NCBI GenBank assembly: GCA_964413015.1
Contig: CAYPQZ010000005.1
Span: forward strand, 1 to 63,068
Length of the DNA: 63,068 nt
Reading direction: 5' to 3'
Source: an uncultured Candidatus Saccharibacteria bacterium
GTDB lineage: Bacteria > Patescibacteriota > Minisyncoccia > Portnoybacterales > UBA2143
The notes under the pieces are model-generated. The model searched no databases and was not told the origin of the DNA. It saw nothing but the letters and a program-made list of their open reading frames with translations. Within the stretch, counting starts at the first letter, position 1. Each line of letters begins with the position of its first letter. Positions 1 to 8,728 of this stretch are shown here, piece after piece. The position numbers and the translations under genes are program-made.

Positions 1-1
1 A

Positions 2-199
2 GGCGTAAAGTCATCTTTAGTATTTCTAAGAAGAAAAGATGAAAACAAAAAAACTGAAAACTACCCTATTTTTATGGCTATCGCTGAACATATTGGATAT
101 GACGCCGCAGGCAGAACAGACCCGATAAATGACTTAGATAACATTATCAAAGAATATAATAAATTTCTAAAGAATCCCAAAAATTATGACGGCTACTAA
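2..199 (+). CDS. hsdM: C-terminal end of an N6-adenine DNA methyltransferase, probably type I R-M HsdM (5-prime truncated by window edge)
   Basis: Open frame from the window edge (..YPIFMAIAEHIGYDAAGRTDPINDL..) ending TAA 197-199. It overlaps the hsdS ATG (186) by 14 nt, the usual hsdM-hsdS coupling. Confidence 0.55.
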   Translation, partial: GVKSSLVFLRRKDENKKTENYPIFMAIAEHIGYDAAGRTDPINDLDNIIKEYNKFLKNPKNYDGY

Positions 200-1535
200 T
201 AATAAATGCTTTAAAATATTTTTTAATGAAGTTGAAAACAGGATTGACCCAAATCCCTATAATCCTATTCGCTTGAATACAATCAAAAAAATAAAGAAAA
301 CTAAATACGAACTTTTACCATTAAAGGAAGTTGCGTTATTTAAAAAAGAAACAACAAAACAAAATAAAGAAAATTTGCCATATTTAGGATTAGAGAATAT
401 AGAATCAAATACTGGAAAATTTATTTCTTCTTTAGAAAAAAAAGAAAGTTTTGGCACAGCTTCAAAGTTTAAAAAGGGTAATATACTTTTCCCCAGATTA
501 AGACCTTATCTAAATAAAGTCCATTTAGCTAAATTTGACGGCTACTGCTCAACAGAATTTTATATTTTAGAAGTCCAAAAATGCCTTAGCGAATATCTGT
601 TTGCGTTCTTAATATCTAATCTAATAGTGAATCAGACATCTTATCTAATAACTGGGAACACTTTGCCAAGACTTCAAACAAAAGATGTTGAGAATCTTTT
701 GATACCTATTCCGCCTAAAAAAACTCAAGAACAAATCATTAAAATAATGGGATCTGCTTATAAAGAAAAAAGACAAAAAGAAAACCAAGCAGATGAATTA
801 TTAAATTCTATTGATGATTATACCTTAAACAAATTAGGTATAAAAATGCCAGAGACAAAAGATAAAATATGTTTTGCAATTAACTCTAAAGAAGCAACCA
901 ATAGATTGGATTCTCATTATAATCAGCCAAAGTTTAAAGAAATTAAAAATGCTTTTGAAAAAGGAAAATATAAAACCAAAGAATTTGAAGGTGTTATTAA
1001 AAACATAAACTATGGCACAATACCAAAAGATTATTCAAATACAGGGATTCCTCTATTAAAAATAGGCAATCTTAAACCCAACGAAATTATAACCAATGAA
1101 CTTTCTTATATCCCAGACTTCCCAGAAGAAAAAGATAAACAAAAAATAACCCAAAAGGACGATTTACTAATTTCCCAATTAGGAACTGTCGGGATAACTG
1201 CTCCTATTACAAAAAAAGAAGAAGGATTTCTGTATGGCTCTTTCATTTTAAGATTGCAGATTTTACAGGGAAATCCTATGTTTTTTAGCATTATCTTAAA
1301 CTCATCAATTGGAAAAACACAATTTCAAAGAGATATGACTACTGCTACAGTAAGAGCTAATACTTCTATTCCTGCAGTTAAAAGTATAAAAATCCCTATT
1401 CCACCCCTTGCAATCCAAAACAAGATAGCTGAAGGAGTTAAAAATAGAAACGGAAAAGCCAAAAAACTAAAGTCTGAAGCCGAAAGTGCAATCAAAAATG
1501 CTAAAGAAAAAATTGAAAAAATAATTTTAACTTAA
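186..1535 (+). CDS. hsdS: Type I restriction-modification specificity subunit HsdS with two target-recognition domains
   Basis: 449 aa with duplicated architecture. Conserved post-TRD repeats ..LPRLQTKDVENLLIPIPPKKTQEQI.. and ..IPAVKSIKIPIPPLAIQNKIAEGV.. are each followed by charged coiled-coil spacers. Confidence 0.85.
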   Translation: MTATNNKCFKIFFNEVENRIDPNPYNPIRLNTIKKIKKTKYELLPLKEVALFKKETTKQNKENLPYLGLENIESNTGKFISSLEKKESFGTASKFKKGNILFPRLRPYLNKVHLAKFDGYCSTEFYILEVQKCLSEYLFAFLISNLIVNQTSYLITGNTLPRLQTKDVENLLIPIPPKKTQEQIIKIMGSAYKEKRQKENQADELLNSIDDYTLNKLGIKMPETKDKICFAINSKEATNRLDSHYNQPKFKEIKNAFEKGKYKTKEFEGVIKNINYGTIPKDYSNTGIPLLKIGNLKPNEIITNELSYIPDFPEEKDKQKITQKDDLLISQLGTVGITAPITKKEEGFLYGSFILRLQILQGNPMFFSIILNSSIGKTQFQRDMTTATVRANTSIPAVKSIKIPIPPLAIQNKIAEGVKNRNGKAKKLKSEAESAIKNAKEKIEKIILT

Positions 1536-1539
1536 ATTT

Positions 1540-3051
1540 ATGAAAACAATAATCTTAGCCAGAGTATCAACTGAAGAACAAAAAGAAGCTGGCAATTCCC
1601 TACCAGCCCAATTATTGAGATTGCAGAAATACGCCCAAGATAAAAACCTTAAAGTGATTAAGGAATTTAGCTTTGACGAATCGGCTTGGAAACAGGAACG
1701 AGAAGAATTTCAAAAGATAATTGAGGCATTAAAAAGCTCAAAAGAACCAATGGCTTTATGTTGCGATAAGATAGACCGCCTAATAAGAAACTTTACGAAG
1801 GACTTAGCCGTTCTTGAAGAATTAAGGAAAGACGGCAAATTAGAGCTTCATTTTTCATCTGATAATATAGTTTTGGGTAAAGATTCCCCTGCTTCTGATT
1901 TATTCCGCTTTCAAATTGGCGTAAGTCTGGCAAATTACTATTCAAACACAATCAGCGACAATGTTAAAAGAGCTTACGAAATTAAAATACAACGGGGCGA
2001 ATGGATTGGCAAAGCCCCTATTGGATATTTGAACATCAAAGACGAAGATAACAAAGATAAAGACATAGAAGTTGATTTAGACAGAAGCCCCTATGTTATT
2101 AAAATATTTGAAATGTATGCTACTGGCAATTACTCTTTAAGAAAGATTAAAAAAGAAATGGACAAATTAGGGCTAAAAAGCGTTAGCGACAGCCCCAAAC
2201 CATTATCAATAAGTATGGTTGACCATACTCTTAGAAATCCATTTTATTACGGAATAATGAGAATCAAAGGAAAACTATATCCGCATAAATACCCTCATTT
2301 AATATCTAAACATCTATTTGATAAAGCCCAAGAAGTTAAAGATAATTGGCACAAGAAGCCGTTTAAATACGCTTCTAAGCCCTTTGCCTTCAGAGGGTTA
2401 ATAAAATGTGCTGATTGCGGTTGCACAATTACAGGCGAAACAGCTAAGGGGCATAAGTATTATAGTTGCACTAACTACCACAAAAAACACGACAAGAAAA
2501 TTTATGTCAAAGAAGAAGATTTATTAAAGCCGATTTACAAGATATTAAAAGGTATTCAATTAACTGATGATAAAGTTGAAGATTTGGTTGATGATTTGAA
2601 ACAAGCTAATAAATCCGAAAATAGATTTTTTACAAACAGCTTGCAGGAATTAAGAAAGGACTACGATAAATTAGAAAAAAGAATCAGCCGATTGGCTGAT
2701 GATAAGTATGACGGTTGTATTACTAACGATTTCTATAATAAAAAGTTTAAAGAATACGAAGAAAAACAGATAAAGTTAATAGCAGAAATGAACCTGCATA
2801 ACAAAGCAGACAAAGAGCATTATATTACGGCAAACACTATATTAAACCTTGCTCAAAGGGCTGAAAAAGTCTTTGAAGGTTCTGAAGAAGCCGAAAAAAG
2901 GCAACTACTGAATTTCTTACTTCAGAACCTTGAATTAAAGGGCAGAAAGCTAATGTATAAGCTAAAAACACCGTTTGATACGGTGCTTTTGGCTCATAAC
3001 TGTTCGGATTTGCTCTGCGGGCAGGACTCGAACCTGCAACCCACTGGTTAA
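1540..3051 (+). CDS. Large serine recombinase (resolvase-type catalytic domain, recombinase domain, zinc ribbon, coiled coil)
   Basis: N-terminus MKTIILARVSTEEQ (catalytic Ser motif), ..DRLIRN.., Cys cluster CADCGCTITGE..YYSCTNY, C-terminal coiled coil. The last 13 codons are antisense to tRNA-Asn. Confidence 0.9.
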   Translation: MKTIILARVSTEEQKEAGNSLPAQLLRLQKYAQDKNLKVIKEFSFDESAWKQEREEFQKIIEALKSSKEPMALCCDKIDRLIRNFTKDLAVLEELRKDGKLELHFSSDNIVLGKDSPASDLFRFQIGVSLANYYSNTISDNVKRAYEIKIQRGEWIGKAPIGYLNIKDEDNKDKDIEVDLDRSPYVIKIFEMYATGNYSLRKIKKEMDKLGLKSVSDSPKPLSISMVDHTLRNPFYYGIMRIKGKLYPHKYPHLISKHLFDKAQEVKDNWHKKPFKYASKPFAFRGLIKCADCGCTITGETAKGHKYYSCTNYHKKHDKKIYVKEEDLLKPIYKILKGIQLTDDKVEDLVDDLKQANKSENRFFTNSLQELRKDYDKLEKRISRLADDKYDGCITNDFYNKKFKEYEEKQIKLIAEMNLHNKADKEHYITANTILNLAQRAEKVFEGSEEAEKRQLLNFLLQNLELKGRKLMYKLKTPFDTVLLAHNCSDLLCGQDSNLQPTG

Positions 3052-3084
3052 CAGCCAGTTGCTCTACCATTGAGCTACCGCAGA
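3013..3084 (-). tRNA. tRNA-Asn (anticodon GTT)
   Basis: Hand-folded cloverleaf on the minus strand: acceptor TCTGCGG/CCGCAGA, anticodon stem ACTGG/CCAGT with loop CTGTTAA, T arm GCAGG-TTCGAGT-CCTGC, discriminator G. CCA is not encoded. Confidence 0.9.
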
Positions 3085-3106
3085 ATATTTGATTATATTT
3101 AACATT

Positions 3107-4186
3107 CTACTCAAACGATAATAAAGCGTCAAGCGTCTGCTGGGCGCATTTCTGCCAGGAAAATTGCCCGGCTTGAATCAGTCCTTTGTTAATCAATTCA
3201 CGGCGCAGGGGTTGATTAGTCAGTCCTTGGTAAATGGCATAAGTGATTGCCTCCACATCAGAATTATCCTGAATATAGAGGACTGAATCCCCGGCCACCT
3301 CCGGGAGAGAAGCTAAGGAACTGGTAATCACCGGAGTGCCGCAGGCCATAGCTTCTAAAACCGGCAGGCCAAAACCTTCATAATCAGAAAGATAAATAAA
3401 TAAATCGGCTGCGTTGTATAAAGAGGTTAAGTCGTTCCCTTCAAGATAATCTTGACGCAAGACATTTTCCCCGGATAATTTTTGGCCAGTATAATTACGG
3501 CCAATAATTAAAAACTGATAATTAGGCAATTGTTCAGTTATTTTTTCAAAAGCGGCTAGAACTTCCGGCAGATGGCGGCGTTTAAAAATAGAGCCGACTG
3601 AAAGAATAAATTTATCCTTAATTTGATATTTCTTTTTAATTTCTTCTAATTTATTCTGATCATCAATTTCTCTAAAGGAACGGTCAGCCGCTTCCGGGGT
3701 AACCAGAATTTTTCCCGGTTTAATTTGATAATGTTTTAAAATCTCTTGCTTGCTGAACTCTGAAGGAACGAAAATGATTTTGGCTTTTTGAACAGTTTTT
3801 TTAGAAACCCATTTAAGCAAAATTCTATCCCAAATACTCGGCCAGTTGAAATCGTCTGGCCGGGCTTGGTAAATAATATCGTGCAGAGTCAAGGCGATTT
3901 TCCCTTTATAAAAAATCGGACCGATATAGCCGGGACAGAATAAAATATCAATTTTGTCTTTTAGGGCCGCTTGCGGTAAAAGATAATGGATAAACCAAGT
4001 CTTGCTATCCGAATGAAGCAGCTTTTTTTCAAAAGGGCCAGCCAAATCTAAATCAGGAATCTCGTTCTTGAAATAAAGAACCATTTTTAAATTTTTACTC
4101 TGCCATTCTCTAAGCAGGTTTATTAAATAGCGGCCCACGCCAGTTGGCTGGCCCTCTAAATGGCTGGCTTCAATGCCAATTTTCAT
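3107..4186 (-). CDS. Glycosyltransferase family 4 (GT-B, RfaG-like)
   Basis: 359 aa with the typical C-terminal motif ..SDYEGFGLPVLEAMACGTPVITS.. Confidence 0.85.
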   Translation of the reverse strand: MKIGIEASHLEGQPTGVGRYLINLLREWQSKNLKMVLYFKNEIPDLDLAGPFEKKLLHSDSKTWFIHYLLPQAALKDKIDILFCPGYIGPIFYKGKIALTLHDIIYQARPDDFNWPSIWDRILLKWVSKKTVQKAKIIFVPSEFSKQEILKHYQIKPGKILVTPEAADRSFREIDDQNKLEEIKKKYQIKDKFILSVGSIFKRRHLPEVLAAFEKITEQLPNYQFLIIGRNYTGQKLSGENVLRQDYLEGNDLTSLYNAADLFIYLSDYEGFGLPVLEAMACGTPVITSSLASLPEVAGDSVLYIQDNSDVEAITYAIYQGLTNQPLRRELINKGLIQAGQFSWQKCAQQTLDALLSFE

Positions 4187-5057
4187 ATTTGCCCAACTTC
4201 TTAAAATAGAAATCCTTGATGCCTAATAAAATGGCTTTGGCCCAAAATCGCCGCTTAGGGGAAAAAATTATTTTAAGAATCTGTTTTTTAATCCGCCAGA
4301 CCGCGTCTAAATGAATTAACGGCTGAATATACCAAGGAGCATATTTTTGGGCCATTCTTAGGCCGTTCCGGACATGATAATAGATATATGACGACGAACC
4401 TTTTTTACTGCTAACTGAACCCTTATGCCAGATTTTGGCTGACGGGGCAAAGATACATTTAAAGCCGGCTTGCTGTGCTTTTAACGACCAATCCGTATCT
4501 TCATAATACAAAAAATATTCTTCCGGCATTAAACCAATTTTATTAATAACTTCTTTTTTAATTAAAAGACAACAACCGGTAAGATATTCAGTTTCCTCTT
4601 GATGGTCATACTGCCCTTTGTCTATTTCGCCATATCCCTTCATTATTCCCTTGTTGTAAAGCCAGTTAACTTGTCCACCGGCTGACCAAATTCTATTCTT
4701 ATCAAAGTAAAAATAAATTTTAGGACCCAGCATCCCAAAACTCTTATCACTTTCCCCCGCCTTAACCAATTTGCTTAAAAAATCCGGGCCGGCCACGGTG
4801 TCATTATTTAAGAGCAATACATAATCTGCCCCTTGCTCTAAAGCGTATTTAATCCCGACATTGTTTCCTCCAGCAAAACCCAGATTCTCTTGATTATAAA
4901 TAACCTTGAAATCTGTTTTTATTTTTTTATCGGAATTATTATCAATAATGACTACCTGCTTATTAGGGTAGTCATTTTTTTTAACCGACTCAAGGCATTC
5001 CAAAGTGTCCGGCCAATTATTCCAATTAAGGATTATAATAAAAACTCTGGACGACAT
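4170..5057 (-). CDS. Glycosyltransferase family 2
   Basis: 295 aa. N-terminal ..IIILNWNNWPDTLECLESV..IIDNNS.. and DxD-type ..LLLNNDT.. motifs. Overlaps the downstream GT4 gene by 17 nt. Confidence 0.85.
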   Translation of the reverse strand: MSSRVFIIILNWNNWPDTLECLESVKKNDYPNKQVVIIDNNSDKKIKTDFKVIYNQENLGFAGGNNVGIKYALEQGADYVLLLNNDTVAGPDFLSKLVKAGESDKSFGMLGPKIYFYFDKNRIWSAGGQVNWLYNKGIMKGYGEIDKGQYDHQEETEYLTGCCLLIKKEVINKIGLMPEEYFLYYEDTDWSLKAQQAGFKCIFAPSAKIWHKGSVSSKKGSSSYIYYHVRNGLRMAQKYAPWYIQPLIHLDAVWRIKKQILKIIFSPKRRFWAKAILLGIKDFYFKKLGKYENWH

Positions 5058-5084
5058 GGAATTATCTTAAAAAAACAGCTTTTT

Positions 5085-5597
5085 TTAATTTATCCCTAAA
5101 AGTTCAACTTCAAAAATGAGATTAGCGTTAGGCGGAATCAGCCCGCTGCCCGCGCCGGCCTCGCCATAGCCAAGCTCTGAAGGAATATACAATCTCCTGA
5201 TTTCCCCGACTTTCATTCCAACAACACCCAAATCCCATCCTGGGATTACTTGACCGGCGCCTAAGCTAAAAGCAAAAGGTTGTCCCCGGTCTACGCTTGA
5301 ATCAAACTTAGTTCCGTCTTCCAGAACACCAACATAATGAACTGTTGCCTGGTCGCCGTTGGCAATTGCCGGACCATTGCCCTGTTTTAATATTTGAGCT
5401 GTCAATTCCTTAAAATCCGGCTGGAACTGCTCGGCCGGTTCCGACTGTTCGGATTGTTCGGGTTGCTCAGATTGCTCGGGATGTTCTTCAAAAGAGCCGA
5501 CTCCCTCAAAAGAATCTCTTTGAGAAAGTTTATACAAAAAGTAAATGCCGCCAGCAAACACCGTTAAAATAATGATTGAATCAATAAATTTTTTCAT
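5085..5597 (-). CDS. FKBP-type peptidyl-prolyl cis-trans isomerase, membrane-anchored, with an acidic [14 protein letters not shown] linker
   Basis: C-terminal FKBP domain (..[47 protein letters not shown]..) and an N-terminal TM helix. Confidence 0.85.
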   Translation of the reverse strand: MKKFIDSIIILTVFAGGIYFLYKLSQRDSFEGVGSFEEHPEQSEQPEQSEQSEPAEQFQPDFKELTAQILKQGNGPAIANGDQATVHYVGVLEDGTKFDSSVDRGQPFAFSLGAGQVIPGWDLGVVGMKVGEIRRLYIPSELGYGEAGAGSGLIPPNANLIFEVELLGIN

Positions 5598-5619
5598 ATT
5601 TCTATCCTACCATTAAAAA

Positions 5620-5735
5620 TTTCTAACGTCTACCCTCCTTTTTAAAACAACCTCGTAAAACAACGGTTATTTTGCTGGCCCGTCAAAGGCGGACACTAAA
5701 TTTCACAAATGTGCAAAGTTACAGAACCGTTTATG
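5620..5735 (+). repeat. Degenerate copy of the R1 mosaic repeat (shares TTCTAACGTCYAC..AACC..CGGTTATTTT..GCTGGCC with the 19503-19649 copy)
   Basis: Direct comparison with 19503-19649. An extra segment sits after GCTGGCC. The copy overlaps the 3-prime end of lspA. Confidence 0.5.
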
Positions 5736-6159
5736 ATTTTATCAAACGAAAAATAAGGCATATTAATCCGCCAGCAACCATAACGTCGGCTATATTAAAA
5801 AAGGAAATAGGCAGAAATAAAACCCAAATCCAGTCCACTACGTACTCTAATTGCAGTCTATCCCAAAAATTACTGATTCCGCCTGCGATAATTAAAAGAA
5901 AGCCAACTAAAGCCAAGTAATCCCTTTTTAGCCAGCTTCGCCAAAACAAAAAGAGTAACAAAACCAATACTGCTCCAACAACTAAGCAAAGAAAAGCCCG
6001 GTCTAGGGTAAAAAAGTAGAAATTAGGGTTGCGGAACAATTCCAGTTCTACCCATTCCCCTGAAAAAAGCTGTGGTTTAGCCAAAAGTAAGTTTTTGGTC
6101 AGCCTGTCCAAAATGAAAAGCCCCAAAATAGAAATAATCGCCAGGCTGAATTTTTTCAT
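5731..6159 (-). CDS. lspA: Lipoprotein signal peptidase (signal peptidase II)
   Basis: 142 aa, 4 TM segments, motifs ..NPNFYFF.., ..WDRL..YVVDWI.., ..FNIADV.. Confidence 0.8.
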   Translation of the reverse strand: MKKFSLAIISILGLFILDRLTKNLLLAKPQLFSGEWVELELFRNPNFYFFTLDRAFLCLVVGAVLVLLLFLFWRSWLKRDYLALVGFLLIIAGGISNFWDRLQLEYVVDWIWVLFLPISFFNIADVMVAGGLICLIFRLIKS

Positions 6160-6164
6160 TATTT

Positions 6165-6842
6165 TTAGAAACTCGGATACTGCATAGGCTGAACGCCTTC
6201 GGGTAATTCAAACATGCTATTTGCAATATCTCCCATTTCTATATTATGAATCTCGGTAACCATGAATTCACCGGTGCGGGAAGTAATTTCTGTCTTAACA
6301 GGTATGCCGTACTTAGTCCAAATCCACCATTTGCTTTCATCTCCTTCGTCGGAAACGCCTTCCACCACCAAACAGTTTTTCCCATCCCATATTTCAGTTC
6401 CTAGCACTGTGGGACTCTGCTCGGGAATTCCGGACGACTGTTTATCGGGAGGCTCCACCATTACTTCTTTGGCCTGAGAAAGATCCTGTTGAAAGGCCGT
6501 GCCCTGAGAAGGCATATAAACGTAGGCTATCTGATCGGCGGTGTTAATAAGATAAATAACCTGCTGTCCCTCAACGTTTCCTTCCCACCTCATATTACCG
6601 CCTTCCAACCAAATTTTTGAAGTCATGTCCATCTTTTGTTCAGGACTAATCACCCGAACATCAAACTTATAACCTCCCAAATCCTGGGCTTTGGCTAAAA
6701 CCTCATCCAGAGAAAGCCCTTCTTCTTGTTCTCCTGTAGCAGGAGTAGTTCCCTCTTTCACTGTCTCTCGTTCTCCGCAGCCAGCTCCCATCAGAGCTAC
6801 AACTCCCAAAAGAAGAAAAGATAAAATTATTCTTTTATCCAT
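6165..6842 (-). CDS. Lipoprotein of unknown function (LolA-like or DUF4367-like fold is a guess)
   Basis: Signal peptide with lipobox LMGAG-C (MDKRIILSFLLLGVVALMGAGCG). Lies directly downstream of lspA. Confidence 0.65.
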   Translation of the reverse strand: MDKRIILSFLLLGVVALMGAGCGERETVKEGTTPATGEQEEGLSLDEVLAKAQDLGGYKFDVRVISPEQKMDMTSKIWLEGGNMRWEGNVEGQQVIYLINTADQIAYVYMPSQGTAFQQDLSQAKEVMVEPPDKQSSGIPEQSPTVLGTEIWDGKNCLVVEGVSDEGDESKWWIWTKYGIPVKTEITSRTGEFMVTEIHNIEMGDIANSMFELPEGVQPMQYPSF

Positions 6843-6845
6843 AAT

Positions 6846-7001
6846 TTAATTTTTTATTAGAATTAGAATATTTTCGACCTTTATTTTTTCGCCAGATAGT
6901 TTTGAAAATTTCTTAATCTCTAAAATATCGATTTTTTGCTCGCCAGTTTCAACTTTATGAATATAAGATTGAGGCTTTTTTAGCTTATGACTGGCCGCTT
7001 A
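6846..7001 (-). pseudogene. Start-less remnant of an XRE-family helix-turn-helix gene (C-terminal half only)
   Basis: 51-codon stop-free frame ..PQSYIHKVETGEQKIDILEIKKFSKLSGEKIKV.. with no ATG/GTG/TTG. The recognition-helix pattern QSYIxKxExG is typical of XRE HTH domains. Confidence 0.35.
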
Positions 7002-7857
7002 GGTTTAATGCCTTAACTAAATAATCAGCAATTTTCTTTGAAATATTATATTGACTAACCCTTTCATGGATAATCAAACTACAGGAGGTATTGATTTCAT
7101 TCAAAACATAACCATCTTTAGTTGTAAAAATATCGATAAAGGATATCTCCGATTTAATTCTTCGCGCAATATTTCCAGCTAATCCCAACAGTTCTTGGGA
7201 AGGATTTTTGTACAATTTAACATTCGGATTTAAACAAACGCTGCATTTAAAATCATTGACAGGTTCATCATAAAAAACGGCTTCTTTGATAGCCTCAAAA
7301 TCAATAACAATTACTCGATTTAACCTTTGATAATTAATATATTTTTGGATAACGATTTCATTGACCGGAATGTTTTTTATTTTTTCCAGTTCATTAAAAT
7401 TATCCTTATTGAACATGAAAGCAAATTTACCCTGACCCTGGCTGATAATCGGTTTAGCGACAACTTTTCCCCATTCCTCTATTTTTTCCTTTATTAAGGG
7501 AACAGCTCTTTCTTTAGAAGACTTCAGCGTTTCGACACAAGGAAAATTATTTTCTCGAGCAAAAATACAAGATTGATATTTATCGCTGGTTAATCTTATT
7601 GCCTTCGGGGAATTAATTATCCGGTACCCTTGATCCTCAAGCTCTTTTAAAATCTTATAGGTGTAAATTGGGCCAGCTGTTCGGGAATGAATTATAGTTT
7701 TTTGAGGAGAACATTTATTTTTATCTAAATACTTTTTTAACTCCTTAATATTAGTTATGCCGCAACAATAACCAGCTAAATTTACTTCTTTAGCTATAGA
7801 ATCAGCGTATTTCTGTCCCTTATTTGTCCTAACAATTACTACTCTTGGAATAATCAT
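6985..7857 (-). CDS. ATP-grasp domain protein (RimK-like)
   Basis: 290 aa, ..VVAKPIISQGQGKFAFM.., ..VIQKYI.., C-terminal ..DGYVLNEINTS.. typical of ATP-grasp folds. Confidence 0.7.
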   Translation of the reverse strand: MIIPRVVIVRTNKGQKYADSIAKEVNLAGYCCGITNIKELKKYLDKNKCSPQKTIIHSRTAGPIYTYKILKELEDQGYRIINSPKAIRLTSDKYQSCIFARENNFPCVETLKSSKERAVPLIKEKIEEWGKVVAKPIISQGQGKFAFMFNKDNFNELEKIKNIPVNEIVIQKYINYQRLNRVIVIDFEAIKEAVFYDEPVNDFKCSVCLNPNVKLYKNPSQELLGLAGNIARRIKSEISFIDIFTTKDGYVLNEINTSCSLIIHERVSQYNISKKIADYLVKALNLSGQS

Positions 7858-7916
7858 ATTTTAATTGAAATATTAACTGTAACATATTATTTTAATCTAT
7901 CTAAACCAAATACTCA

Positions 7917-7962
7917 GGTCTACGCGATAAAAAATATGCTTGGCTGATCACTTCGGTCCAGC
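7917..7962 (+). repeat. Mosaic repeat copy (module GGTCTACGCGATAAAAAATATGCTTGGCTG shared with 13474-13503, then ..ACTTCGGTCCAG)
   Basis: 30-nt identity with the 13474-13503 copy. The middle module is deleted relative to R1 copies. Confidence 0.7.
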
Positions 7963-8027
7963 AAAAAAGGGGTTAAGAGACTTTTTTCAAAATTTCTCTA
8001 TAATAGGGCTAAATTTTTCTTAAACCG

Positions 8028-8095
8028 GCCACTTCGGTCCAGATTAATAACAGATGAGGCCGTCAAGGGATTCTTTGGATTATTTAACTACACCT
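8028..8095 (+). repeat. Mosaic repeat copy, R2 module (GCCACTTCGGTCCAGATTAATAACAGATGAGGCCGTCAAGGGATTC..)
   Basis: About 60 nt align with 15217-15277. Four consecutive codons differ only by synonymous third-position changes in frame PLRSRLITD[EK]AVKGF. Confidence 0.7.
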
Positions 8096-8258
8096 ATACA
8101 ACGCACCCCGGTTGCTATAATTATAGCAAAAATGCTCGTATTGAGCCAGTCGAAATAAGACAAATGAGACACTATAAAAAGAAAGTTTATTGTGTCTCAT
8201 TTAAAATTATAATTATCTAACAATTTTCTATGTTTAGCGCGGTATTAATTAAAAATGG

Positions 8259-8641
8259 CTACGGCAAAGTTATCTCTGCCCTTACTTGAATTGATTGAGC
8301 GGTAATGCTACCGCCTTCGTTTGCCTCTCCGCTTACCATTACCGACTTACCGATTTCAAGGTCATCTAATGTTCCGATAGTAAATTTGCTGACTTCAGTA
8401 CTATCTGAATAAAAAACAATATTTGAGCCGCCGTCAGGAAGTTTTACGGTGATACTTGATTCATCTTTTGAATAGAAATAATTAAAGTGCCTTTTTCAAC
8501 CGCCGCGGTCATGTATTGCGTTGTATTGCTATCTTTGGTTAACCCCTGATACCCAAAATAGCCTCCGGTGAAAATCATAAGAAGGCTCATTAGAGATATA
8601 AGTTTGTGTTGAATCAGTGATTTAAATATTTTAGAAAGCAT
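8259..8641 (-). pseudogene. Frameshifted gene for a membrane-anchored secreted protein with a C-terminal beta-barrel-like domain (DUF5666-like)
   Basis: N-terminal part [19 protein letters not shown] (ORF 8444-8641) continues in another frame as ..[63 protein letters not shown].. to TAG 8259-8261. A 1-nt indel lies near 8470. Confidence 0.5.
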
Positions 8642-8728
8642 ATTGTAAATATTATAAAGAAAATCTTAGACGTCCTCCTAATACTTACGGGAAGCGCCTA
8701 AGATTTTCTTATCTAGGGGGTGAAATTT

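Noticed and set aside
186-3051. Recombinase-driven phase variation (shuffling) of hsdS
   Set aside because: No second hsdS copy and no inverted repeats matching hsdS TRD borders are visible in the window. The recombinase is a large serine integrase type adjacent to a tRNA, which fits an integration function better.
2837-3070. 77-aa minus-strand ORF overlapping tRNA-Asn and the recombinase 3-prime end
   Set aside because: It is explained by the tRNA gene plus antisense of a strong CDS. No independent coding signal.
5672-5920. 82-aa plus-strand ORF antisense to lspA
   Set aside because: It starts inside a degenerate repeat copy, runs antisense through a well-supported lspA gene, and its product is low-complexity and basic. 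It is most likely a shadow ORF.
6985-7857. First ATP-grasp gene as a second RiPP maturase
   Set aside because: Its N-terminus and length are RimK-like rather than MdnC-like. I found no adjacent small ORF with a Thr/Ser plus Asp/Glu-rich core on either side.
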